A stretch of DNA of 24,000 nucleotides from Nitratidesulfovibrio sp. 1201_IL3209 (GTDB taxonomy: Bacteria; Desulfobacterota; Desulfovibrionia; Desulfovibrionales; Desulfovibrionaceae). The DNA is taken from NCBI RefSeq assembly GCF_036763125.1, contig NZ_JBAIYT010000015.1, positions 1,317 through 25,316 of the forward strand. The letters run 5' to 3'. How positions within the stretch are numbered: position 1 is the stretch's first letter; every line of letters starts with the position of its first letter. The notes under the pieces are model-generated. The model did not search any database. It saw only the letters and a program-made list of their open reading frames with translations, and was not told the DNA's origin. The translations under genes and the position numbers were made by a program. Shown here piece by piece: positions 16,192-24,000 of this stretch.

Positions 16192-17681
16192 GCGGACAGG
16201 GTACGGAAAACGGCATGTCCGAGGGGGCCATCGTCCCCTCCACCGACGCCACCCGGCGGCTGCGCGCGCTGGACAAGGCCCACGTGTGGCATCCCTTCAC
16301 CCAGATGCGCGACTGGCTGGCCGCCGACCCGCTGATCATCGCCGCCGCCGAGGGCAACCGGCTCATCGACACCGACGGCGTGTCCTACCTGGACGGCGTG
16401 TCCTCGCTGTGGACCAACGTACACGGGCACCGCCACCCCAGGCTGGACGCGGCCGTGCGGGCGCAACTGGACAAGGTGGCCCACACCACCCTGCTGGGCC
16501 TGGGCAGCGAGCCGTCCATCGAACTGGCGGCGCGGCTGGCCGCCATCGCTCCGCAGGGACTGACGCGGGTGTTCTATTCCGACAGCGGGTCCACGTCCGT
16601 GGAAGTGGCGCTGAAGATTGCCTTCCAGTTCCACCGCCAGGCCCCGGCGCACCTGGGCGGCGACGCCCGGCGCACCCGCTTTCTCAGCCTGAGCAACGCC
16701 TATCACGGCGACACCGTGGGGGCCGTGGCCCTGGGCGGCATGGACCTGTTCCACGCCATCTACGCGCCGCTGCTGTTTGACACGCTGAAGGCGGAAAGCC
16801 CCCACTGCTACCGCTGCCCGTTCGGGCGGCAGGCCGGGGACTGCGGCCGGGAATGCATCGCCCACGTGGAAGACCTGTTCGCCCGCCACGGGCACGAGAT
16901 GTGCGCCGCCGTGGTGGAACCGCTGGTGCAGGGCGCGGCGGGCATGCTGTTGCAGCCGCCGGGCTGGCTGCGCCGGGTGCGCGAACTGTGCGACGCGCAC
17001 GGCGTGTTCCTGGTGGCCGACGAGGTGGCCGTGGGCTTCGGCAAGACCGGCACCCTGTTCGCCTGCGAGCAGGAAGGGGTGACGCCCGACTTCCTGTGCC
17101 TGGCCAAGGGCATCTCCGGCGGCTACCTGCCGCTGGCCGCCACCCTGACCGCCGAGCGGGTGCACGACGGCTTCCTGGCCCGCCACGAGGAGTTGCGCAC
17201 CTTCTTCCACGGCCACACCTACACCGGCAACCCGCTGGCCTGCGCGGCGGCCATCGCCTCGCTGGACGTGTTCGAGGAAGAACGGGTCATGGAACGGCTG
17301 CAACCGAAAATCGCCCGGCTGGCCGCGCGGCTGGAAACGCTGCGCGATCTGCCCCACGTGGGGGACATCCGGCAGCGCGGGGTGATGACCGGCATCGAGT
17401 TGGTGCGCGACCGGGAGACCAGGGAGTCCTACGACATGGCCCTGCGCGTGGGCCACCGGGTGACCCTGGAGGCGCGGCGGCGCGGGGTGATCGTCCGCCC
17501 GCTGGGCGACGTGATGGTGCTCATGCCGCCGCTGTCCATCACCGACGAGGAGATCGACCTGCTGGTGGACGCCACGGGCGAGGCCATCCGCGCCGTGACC
17601 GAGCGCGGGGCCACCGGTGGATTGGACGGGCTGGCCGGGCTGGACAGGCTTCCGGGCGCCAGCGGCCCGGCGGGAGCATGA
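16188..17681 (+). CDS. bioA: Adenosylmethionine (or lysine)-8-amino-7-oxononanoate aminotransferase
   Basis: VWHPFTQMRDW, GVSSLWTNVHGHRHP, YSDSGSTSVEVALK, PLLFDTL, VLVADEVAVGFGKTGTLFACE, LAKGISGGYLPLAATL. ATGA overlap with bioB. Confidence 0.95.
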   Translation: MSGQGTENGMSEGAIVPSTDATRRLRALDKAHVWHPFTQMRDWLAADPLIIAAAEGNRLIDTDGVSYLDGVSSLWTNVHGHRHPRLDAAVRAQLDKVAHTTLLGLGSEPSIELAARLAAIAPQGLTRVFYSDSGSTSVEVALKIAFQFHRQAPAHLGGDARRTRFLSLSNAYHGDTVGAVALGGMDLFHAIYAPLLFDTLKAESPHCYRCPFGRQAGDCGRECIAHVEDLFARHGHEMCAAVVEPLVQGAAGMLLQPPGWLRRVRELCDAHGVFLVADEVAVGFGKTGTLFACEQEGVTPDFLCLAKGISGGYLPLAATLTAERVHDGFLARHEELRTFFHGHTYTGNPLACAAAIASLDVFEEERVMERLQPKIARLAARLETLRDLPHVGDIRQRGVMTGIELVRDRETRESYDMALRVGHRVTLEARRRGVIVRPLGDVMVLMPPLSITDEEIDLLVDATGEAIRAVTERGATGGLDGLAGLDRLPGASGPAGA

Positions 17682-18076
17682 CAGGCATGCCCGGCAGCAG
17701 GGATACGGCAGCACCGGCTTCCGCCTGCGCGCGCCGCGCCGTGCGTTGCGGCGTGTTCCGGTTCGACCCGGCCCACCCGCTGTTCGCGGACCATTTCCCC
17801 GGCGCGCCGGTGGTGCCGGGGTCGTGCATCGTGCTGGCCTTCGCGGACGAGGCGGCGCGCTGGGCGGACGGCCCCGCCGGGCCGCCGCGCCCGATACGTG
17901 AAGCGCGCGGGTTCCGCTTCCGGCGCTTCGTCACGCCGGGGGACTACGCCTTCCGCATGGAACGCACCGATGACGGCCTGCGCTGTTCGCTGCATGCGCT
18001 GGCCCCGGCGGTCGGCGAAGAGGGATGCGTCGCCGCACCCCCCGCCCCGCTGGTGACCGGGGTGCTGGCATGGTAG
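17678..18076 (+). CDS. FabZ/FabA-like hotdog dehydratase within the bio operon
   Basis: FRFDPAHPLFADHFPGAPVVPGSCIV matches the FabZ active-site motif HFPGxPVxPG. ATGA overlap with bioA. Confidence 0.85.
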   Translation: MTGMPGSRDTAAPASACARRAVRCGVFRFDPAHPLFADHFPGAPVVPGSCIVLAFADEAARWADGPAGPPRPIREARGFRFRRFVTPGDYAFRMERTDDGLRCSLHALAPAVGEEGCVAAPPAPLVTGVLAW

Positions 18077-18915
18077 CCCGCGCCGCCCTGACGGATTCCG
18101 CCCTGACGCATTCTGCCCTGCGCGGCCCGGCGCTCATCGCCGGTGGCTCGTGCGAACTGGGGCTGGCCCTCGGCGCAGCGCTGGCCGCCGGCGGCGTGGC
18201 CGTGGCCCTGACCGCGCGCGATGAGGCGGGCGCGGCGCGCATCCGCGCCGCGCTGCCGGACGCCGTGGTGCTGCGCCTGCACGCGCGCGGGCCGGAACAG
18301 GGCAGCGCGCCCGAAGATTTCACGCCCTCGACGGCGGCCGCAAGCCATGCCGAAGACGATGCCCCGGAAACCCTGCCCGAACGTGCCCGCACCTCGCTGG
18401 GGTCCGCGCCCCGGCTGTTCGTGGACCTGCTGCATTCGCGGTTCGAAGCGCTGCTGGCCGGGGCGGACCCTGCCGACATCGACCTGTGGGCCGCGCGCGA
18501 CATCGCCTTCCGCGCCCGGCTGCTGCGCGCCGTAAGCCGGTCCATGCTGGCCGGGCGCGACGGGCGGTGCGTGTTCGTCTCGTCCTCCGCCGCCGAACGG
18601 GCCGCGCCGGGGCAGGGCTACTACGCCGCCGCCAAGCTGGCCGGAGAAGCCCTGTACCGCGCCGTGGGCGTGGAACTGGCCCCGCGCGGGGTCACCGCCT
18701 GCTCGCTGCGGCTGGGCTGGCTGGAGGCGGGCCGGGGCGCGCCGTTCCTGCAATCGCGCGCCGCCAACGCCCCCCTGCCGTCCACCCGGCGCGTCGTAAC
18801 CGTTGCCGAGGCCGTGCAGACCCTGCGCTTTCTGCTGTCCGCCCCGGCTGCGGCCATCAACGCCACCACCCTGACCTGCGACGGCGGCTTCGGCGCGCTG
18901 AAACCGGCCTGCTGA
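18070..18915 (+). CDS. Short-chain dehydrogenase/reductase, FabG-like (divergent)
   Basis: ALIAGGSCELGLALGAALAAGG (Rossmann), VFVSSSAAERAAPGQGYYAAAKLAGEAL (Ser and YxxxK), C-terminal INATTLTCDGGFG typical of SDRs. Overlaps the upstream gene by 7 bp. Confidence 0.85.
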   Translation: MVARAALTDSALTHSALRGPALIAGGSCELGLALGAALAAGGVAVALTARDEAGAARIRAALPDAVVLRLHARGPEQGSAPEDFTPSTAAASHAEDDAPETLPERARTSLGSAPRLFVDLLHSRFEALLAGADPADIDLWAARDIAFRARLLRAVSRSMLAGRDGRCVFVSSSAAERAAPGQGYYAAAKLAGEALYRAVGVELAPRGVTACSLRLGWLEAGRGAPFLQSRAANAPLPSTRRVVTVAEAVQTLRFLLSAPAAAINATTLTCDGGFGALKPAC

Positions 18916-18979
18916 TCCCGCACCGGCGCGGAAGTACCTTCGCCGGAATATTCCCATCACCCCCACGGACAGGAACGCC

Positions 18980-19396
18980 ATGCCCTCACATACCCCCCAG
19001 GAACTGCACGACATCGCGGTCGCGGTAGCCGCGCTGGTGGCCCCCATCTTCGACGTGGACGCCGCCAGCCTGTCGCCCGCCACGCGGCTGATGGCCGACC
19101 TGCCCTGCGAATCCATCGACCTGCTGGAAATAGGCGCCGGGCTGAACCGCCACTTTGGTATCCCGGTGCGCGACGCCGCCGCCTTCCTCACCGACCTGCG
19201 CATCCACGTGCTGGAGGCGGAACGCCATGGCGAATCCCCGGAAGCCCGGCTGGCGCGGGAGTACCCGCACCTGCCCGCCGCGCGCGTGGCGGAAATCCTG
19301 GCCGACGTGCGCGTGCCGGGCGCGCCGCCGGTGCTGACCATCGGCGACGTGGCCGCCTATGTGGCGTGGGCGCTGGCACGGCACACGGGCCGATAG
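18980..19396 (+). CDS. Acyl carrier protein, unusually long (138 aa)
   Basis: VDAASLSPATRLMADLPCESIDLLEIGAGLNRHFGI resembles the ACP 4'-phosphopantetheine site with Ser45, and ends with a helix-IV-like LTIGDVAAYVAWAL. aggaa RBS. Confidence 0.82.
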   Translation: MPSHTPQELHDIAVAVAALVAPIFDVDAASLSPATRLMADLPCESIDLLEIGAGLNRHFGIPVRDAAAFLTDLRIHVLEAERHGESPEARLAREYPHLPAARVAEILADVRVPGAPPVLTIGDVAAYVAWALARHTGR

Positions 19397-19431
19397 GCCT
19401 GACCGTCCCCGCAGCAGTGGCCGCCAAACAC

Positions 19432-20772
19432 ATGCAGCCCCGTTTCCGCCCTCCCCATTCCCCCCGCCGCGTGGCCGTCACCGGCGTGAGCGCGGTGACG
19501 CCCCTGGGGCATACCCCGCAGGACGTGGCCCGCGCCATCCGCGACGGGCACAGCCCGTTCCGCCATGCCGTGGCCCTGCCCGGCGCGGCCTGCGCGCCCG
19601 CGCGGAACTTCGACGAGGCGGCGGCCACCGGACGCTGGCGGCACCGCCGCTACCTTTCGCGCGGCGGGCTGCTGGCGCTGGCCTCGGCCCTGGCCGCCAC
19701 CCGGCAGGCCGGATACGCCTGCGGCGACGGAACCGACGGTGCGGTGGGCGACGGCGGCACCCCGCCCCCGCTCCCCTTTCCGGACGGCACCGCGCTGGTG
19801 GCCGCCAGCGGCCCCAACATGGACGTGGGGGCCGACTTTCCGGCGGCCTGCGGACGAATCAGGCCGCCGCACGACACCCCGCCGGGGCTTGAGCACCCCG
19901 ATCTGGACGCGCTGTGGATGCTGCGCTGGCTGCCCAACACCGTCGCCTCGGCCGTGGCCATGCGCTGCGGAATCCGGGGCGAAGGACTGGTGCTGGGCAC
20001 GGCCTGCGCCGCCTCGTTGCAGGCCGTGGGCGAGGCCGCCCGGCGGGTGCGCTGGGGCCTTGCCCCGGCGGCGCTGGCCGTGGGCGGCGATTCGCGCCTG
20101 TCGGAAGGGGGCCTTCTGGGCTACGCCCGCGCCGGGGCCATCCAGCGCGACCTGGACCTCGCCGATGCAACGGCCCCCCACATGGCCTGCCGCCCCTTCG
20201 ACAGGGCGCGGCGCGGCTTCGTGCCCGGCGAAGGAGGCGCGGCCTTCGTGCTGGAACCGCTGGACGCGGCGCTGGCGCGCGGGGCCACGCCGCTGGCCGA
20301 AATCCTGGGCATGGGGGCCACGCTGGACGGACACGCCCTGACCGCGCCGGAGCCCGACGCCCGCCGGGCCGAGGCCGCCGTGCGCGGCGCGCTGGCCGAG
20401 GCGGGGCTTGCCCCCGGCGACGTGCACTGGGTAGCGGCCCACGGCACCGGCACCGCCCTCAACGACGCGGCGGAAATCCGCCTGCTGGAACGGGTGTTCG
20501 CCAATGCGGGCCACGCGCCCGCCGTCACCGCCGTGAAGTCGTGGACCGGGCACTGCGCCTCGGCCTGCGGCGCGGTGGAACTGGCCGTGCTGCTGGCCTG
20601 CGCGGCGGACGGCTTTCTGCCGCCGGTGCGCAACCTGTCCGCGCCGGAAAGCGGGCGGCTGGACTTCGTGCGCGAAATGCGCCCCCTGCCCGGTACCGGG
20701 GGTGGTTCCGTCGGGCTGCTGCTCAACTTCGGCTTCGGCGGGCAGAACGCGGCGCTGGTGGTGCGACTGTGA
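19432..20772 (+). CDS. Beta-ketoacyl-ACP synthase (FabF/KAS II-like) within the bio operon
   Basis: RRVAVTGVSAVTPLGHT, LVLGTACAASLQAVGEA (Cys), AAHGTGTALNDAAE (His), AVKSWTGHCASACGAVE (His), LLLNFGFGGQNAALVV. Alternative upstream GTG starts exist (19417, 19366). Confidence 0.9.
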   Translation: MQPRFRPPHSPRRVAVTGVSAVTPLGHTPQDVARAIRDGHSPFRHAVALPGAACAPARNFDEAAATGRWRHRRYLSRGGLLALASALAATRQAGYACGDGTDGAVGDGGTPPPLPFPDGTALVAASGPNMDVGADFPAACGRIRPPHDTPPGLEHPDLDALWMLRWLPNTVASAVAMRCGIRGEGLVLGTACAASLQAVGEAARRVRWGLAPAALAVGGDSRLSEGGLLGYARAGAIQRDLDLADATAPHMACRPFDRARRGFVPGEGGAAFVLEPLDAALARGATPLAEILGMGATLDGHALTAPEPDARRAEAAVRGALAEAGLAPGDVHWVAAHGTGTALNDAAEIRLLERVFANAGHAPAVTAVKSWTGHCASACGAVELAVLLACAADGFLPPVRNLSAPESGRLDFVREMRPLPGTGGGSVGLLLNFGFGGQNAALVVRL

Positions 20773-21248
20773 CCCTTTTCCGCCATGCCCTTCCGGAGGA
20801 GACCCCCGCCCGCTTCCTGCTGCTGGACCGGGTGGACCGCTGCGACGCCGCGGGGGCCACGGGCCGCCGCGCCTTCGCCGGCGCACCCCCATGGCAGGGG
20901 CTGGAAGCCATGGCCCAACTGGCCGCGCTGCACGCCCGCTGGTCCTCCGGCTTTTCCCTCCACGCCTTTCTGCTGACGGTACAGGAATGCAACTGGCCGC
21001 CTGCCGACGTTTTGCACGGCCCCTCCCGCATCCGGGCCGACCTGCTGGCCCAAAGCGAGCGCGCCGCCACCTACGCCACGACCATCACGCCCATTCCGCA
21101 GGTGCCCGGCGCAGACACCCCGCCCGCGCCCCCGAGCATGGCCGCCACCCTGATCATCGGCCGCACGGCCTACGACACCCGCTTCAACGGCGACGTACTC
21201 GCCGCCCGTTATCGAGAGATATTCGCATGGCTGACCACAACCCCCTGA
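20769..21248 (+). CDS. Second hotdog-fold, 3-hydroxyacyl-ACP dehydratase-like protein
   Basis: GTG start overlapping the KAS stop by 4 bp; EETPARFLLLDRVDRC resembles the FabZ N-terminal (P)FLLVDRV segment, and WQGLEAMAQLAALHA resembles the hotdog central helix. Confidence 0.65.
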   Translation: MTLFRHALPEETPARFLLLDRVDRCDAAGATGRRAFAGAPPWQGLEAMAQLAALHARWSSGFSLHAFLLTVQECNWPPADVLHGPSRIRADLLAQSERAATYATTITPIPQVPGADTPPAPPSMAATLIIGRTAYDTRFNGDVLAARYREIFAWLTTTP

Positions 21249-22597
21249 CCGCCGGACCCACGCCCGGCCCCTCCCCCGCCGCCGCGCCATCCCCGGCCGC
21301 TCCCGGCCTGCTGGCCGCGCGCCTGACCCTGCGGATGGAGGAATTGCACGCCGCCGGTCTTGGCCGCAGCGCCCCACTGCTGGACGGACTGCCCGCCTCC
21401 GCCGCCGTCCCTTCCGGAGACATCGGGAATGCCCCCTCCCCGGCGCTGGTGCACATGGACGGCCGTCCGCTGCTCCATTTCGCGGGCAACGACTACCTTG
21501 GCCTGGCCGCCGACGGGGCGTGGCGGGCCACGGTGGCCGCCTGCTTCGCGCGCCATGCGCCCTCGGGCACGGCCTCGCGCCTGGCCGCCGGGCACACCGC
21601 GCTGGCGGCGGACGCCGAGGCCGCGTGGGCCGAATACTTCGGCTATGCGGAATGCCTGTTCCTGCCCAGCGGCTACCAGGCCAACCTGGCCCTGCTCTGG
21701 GGCCTGCTGGGCCACGGTGACGCGGTATTCCTGGACCGCCGGGTGCACGCCAGCATGGCCCATGCCCTGCCCCCCACCGGGGCGCGGCTGCACACCCACC
21801 GCCACGCGGACATGGACGACCTGTCGCGCCGCCTGGCCGCATGGCGGGCCGCAGGCAACGACGGTCCCCCCGCGCGGGGTACCGGTTGCGCGCCCCAGCC
21901 CGTGGTCCTGGCCGAATCGCTGTACAGCATGGACGGCACCCTGCCGGACATGGCCCGGCTGGGCGCGGTGGCCCGCGAGCACGGGGCCTTCGTCATCGTG
22001 GACGAGGCCCACGCCTTCGGCGCGCTGGGCGCTGGCGGCCGCGGCCGGGCGCACGGCGTGGCCGACGCCGCCGTGGGCACGCTGGGCAAGGCGCTGGGGC
22101 TGTTCGGGGCGTTCCTGCTGCTGCCGCGCGGCACCCGGAATGCGCTGGAAAACCTGGCCTCGCCGCTGATCCACTCCACCGCCCTGCCGGAGGCGCACGC
22201 CGCCTGCTGCCTGGCCCTGCTGGACCTGCTGCCCCGGCTGGACGACCGCCGCCATCACCTCGCCGCGCTGGGTGCGGCCCTGCGCGCCGGATTGCGCGCC
22301 GAAGGCATGCCGGTACGCGAGGGCGCGCACGTGGTCTGCGTGGACGTGGGCGACGAGGCCCGCTGCACCCGCCTTGCCGCGAAGCTGCGCACACCCGCTG
22401 GCGGCGGCCCCGGCGTGCTGGCCCTGGCCGCGCGCCACCCCACCGTGGGGCGCGGCGCGGCCGTGCTGCGCCTGGGCCTTACCGCCCTGCACCGGGTGGA
22501 CGACGTGGCCCGCTGCGTGGACCTGCTGGCCCGCGCCTGGAAGGAAGAGGAAGAGCGGGGCGCTGCCCCGCACCACACGACCGGAGAATCCTCATGA
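21227..22597 (+). CDS. bioF: 8-amino-7-oxononanoate synthase
   Basis: LLHFAGNDYLGLAAD, HAPSGTASRLAAGHTALAADAEAAWAEYFG, ESLYSMDGTLPDM, VIVDEAHAFGALGAGGRG, VGTLGKALGLFGAF (PLP lysine). Overlaps the upstream gene by 22 bp. Confidence 0.95.
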   Translation: MADHNPLTAGPTPGPSPAAAPSPAAPGLLAARLTLRMEELHAAGLGRSAPLLDGLPASAAVPSGDIGNAPSPALVHMDGRPLLHFAGNDYLGLAADGAWRATVAACFARHAPSGTASRLAAGHTALAADAEAAWAEYFGYAECLFLPSGYQANLALLWGLLGHGDAVFLDRRVHASMAHALPPTGARLHTHRHADMDDLSRRLAAWRAAGNDGPPARGTGCAPQPVVLAESLYSMDGTLPDMARLGAVAREHGAFVIVDEAHAFGALGAGGRGRAHGVADAAVGTLGKALGLFGAFLLLPRGTRNALENLASPLIHSTALPEAHAACCLALLDLLPRLDDRRHHLAALGAALRAGLRAEGMPVREGAHVVCVDVGDEARCTRLAAKLRTPAGGGPGVLALAARHPTVGRGAAVLRLGLTALHRVDDVARCVDLLARAWKEEEERGAAPHHTTGESS

Positions 22598-23340
22598 ACA
22601 CTACGCACGCAGCCCCCTCCCGCGCCCTGTTCGTGGTGGGCACGGACACGGGCGTGGGCAAGACGGTGGTCTCCATGCTGCTGCTGCGCGAGCTGTTCGC
22701 GCGGGGGGAGCGGCCGTTCTACGCCAAGCCCATGCAGACCGGGTGCAGGGATCCGTACGACACGGACAGCGACGCGGCCTTCGTGTACCAGCACGTTCCG
22801 GAACTGGCCGGGCGCGACCCGGCGGAGGCGGTGGGGTGGTGCTTCGCGGCGCCCAAAGCTCCGCTCCACGCCGCGCGGGACGAACTGCGCGGCGTGGAGA
22901 CGGAAGACCTGGTGCGCAGTCTGGCATGTCTGCGCGGTGAACACGCCTCGCTGGTCCTCGAGGGCGCGGGCGGCCTGATGGTGCCGTTCACGCCGGAAGC
23001 CCTGTGCATCGACTGCATCCGGGCCGCCGACGCCCGTCCCGTGCTGGTGGCGCGGGCGGGGCTGGGCACCGTGAACCACACGCTCCTCTCGGTGGAGGCG
23101 CTGGTCCGGAGAGGGATGGAACCGGCAGGGATCGTTTTCGTTCACACCAAGGAACGTTCCGCATCCCCGGACCTTGTGCGGGACAACATGGAGGCGGTAG
23201 CCATGCTGTCCGGTTTTCCGGTGAGCGGCGTGGTGCCGCCCATCGAAAATCTGCTGCATCCGCCCGACGCCGCCTTCGCGCCGCTGCGGCGCATGCTCGA
23301 CGTGCTGGACGGGACGGACAGGGTGACGACGCCCTGCTGA
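22594..23340 (+). CDS. bioD: Dethiobiotin synthetase
   Basis: RALFVVGTDTGVGKTVVSMLLLREL, YAKPMQTGC, LVLEGAGGLMVPFTPEALCID. ATGA overlap with bioF. Confidence 0.95.
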   Translation: MNTTHAAPSRALFVVGTDTGVGKTVVSMLLLRELFARGERPFYAKPMQTGCRDPYDTDSDAAFVYQHVPELAGRDPAEAVGWCFAAPKAPLHAARDELRGVETEDLVRSLACLRGEHASLVLEGAGGLMVPFTPEALCIDCIRAADARPVLVARAGLGTVNHTLLSVEALVRRGMEPAGIVFVHTKERSASPDLVRDNMEAVAMLSGFPVSGVVPPIENLLHPPDAAFAPLRRMLDVLDGTDRVTTPC

Positions 23341-23352
23341 GTCCCGGCGGGA

Positions 23353-24000
23353 CTAGGCGTCAGGAAAAAACGCCATCAAGTCCGAAAGCTCTTCCCGGCG
23401 GCGGATCAGCCGGGGCTGCCCGTCCAGGCCGATGAGCACCTCGGCCGGGCGCAGCCGCTGGTTGTACGTGGAACTCATGGCGTAGCCGTAGGCCCCGGTG
23501 TCCAGCACGCCCAGGATGTCGCCCTCCTGGATGGCGGGCAGCGCACGTTCCCTGGCCATGATGTCGCCGCTCTCGCAGATGTTGCCCACCACGGTCTGGG
23601 GGTGCAGGGCCGCGTCGGGCGCGCCGCCCGCGCGGTAGACCTCGATGTCGTGGTGCGCGTCGTACATCACCGGGCGGGCCAGCACGTTGAAGCCAAGGTC
23701 GGTGCCCACGTAGCGGGTGGGGCCGTTGTGCTTGGTGGCGTGCACCGTGCCCAGCAGCAGGCCGCATTCGGCCACCACGTAGCGGCCCGGCTCGACGTAG
23801 AAGCGGCCCCTGTACCCGGTGCGTTCCGACCAGGCGGAAATGAGCGCGTGGAACCGTTCCGCCGTGGCGGCCAGGTCCAGCCGGGGCTGCTCTTCATACT
23901 TGCGGTAGGGAATGCCGAAGCCGCCGCCGAAGTCGATGACCTCCACGGTGTCGAACTTCTCCGCCACGGACAGCAGGAAGTCCGCCGCCGCCACGTACCC
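23353..24000 (-). CDS. lysA: Diaminopimelate decarboxylase-like (PLP, alanine racemase fold), C-terminal part; continues beyond the window
   Basis: VEVIDFGGGFGIPY, FYVEPGRYVVAECG, VVGNICESGDIMARER, GAYGYAMSSTYNQRLRPAEVLI. Confidence 0.88.
   Translation of the reverse strand, partial: GYVAAADFLLSVAEKFDTVEVIDFGGGFGIPYRKYEEQPRLDLAATAERFHALISAWSERTGYRGRFYVEPGRYVVAECGLLLGTVHATKHNGPTRYVGTDLGFNVLARPVMYDAHHDIEVYRAGGAPDAALHPQTVVGNICESGDIMARERALPAIQEGDILGVLDTGAYGYAMSSTYNQRLRPAEVLIGLDGQPRLIRRREELSDLMAFFPDA

Noticed and set aside
16065-21842. Long minus-strand ORFs opposite bioA and KAS/hotdog/bioF (e.g. 16065-17714, 20121-21842)
   Set aside because: GC-driven shadow frames without motifs, opposite genes with intact catalytic residues.
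1-24000. Mobile elements, defence systems, tRNA/rRNA genes
   Set aside because: No transposase, integrase, terminal repeats, cas/restriction motifs or recognisable tRNA/rRNA sequences were seen; the window reads as ordinary chromosome backbone apart from the bio operon.

Overview
High-GC chromosomal window, most like a Desulfovibrio/Nitratidesulfovibrio-type sulfate reducer (inferred from gene content and order). The left part holds a nitrosative-stress block: hcp, a His-rich ferredoxin-like protein, an Fe-dependent alcohol dehydrogenase overlapping a PAS histidine kinase, and a convergent Crp/Fnr regulator (HcpR-like). The middle holds an acidic-tail orphan protein, an HD/HD-GYP protein, gltX, a NifU-like domain protein, a DUF2156-like protein and a MATE transporter. 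The right part is the most interesting: birA diverges across a near-consensus BirA operator from a tightly packed biotin operon. Its order is bioB, bioA, FabZ-like, SDR/FabG-like, an unusually long ACP, a ketoacyl-ACP synthase, a second hotdog protein, bioF, bioD. No bioC or bioH is present, so the embedded mini fatty-acid-synthase genes are candidates for a dedicated pimeloyl-ACP route. To my recollection this type of cluster was noted by comparative genomics in Desulfovibrio, so it may not be wholly new. BioB also appears to lack two of the four classical [2Fe-2S] ligands and carries alternative cysteines, suggesting a non-canonical auxiliary-cluster BioB. Smaller signals include dispersed 9-nt-period arrays, a 12-bp tandem repeat, a 20-bp tandem duplication upstream of hcpR, and dispersed intergenic words. 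Family calls rest on motif recognition only; no database search was run.
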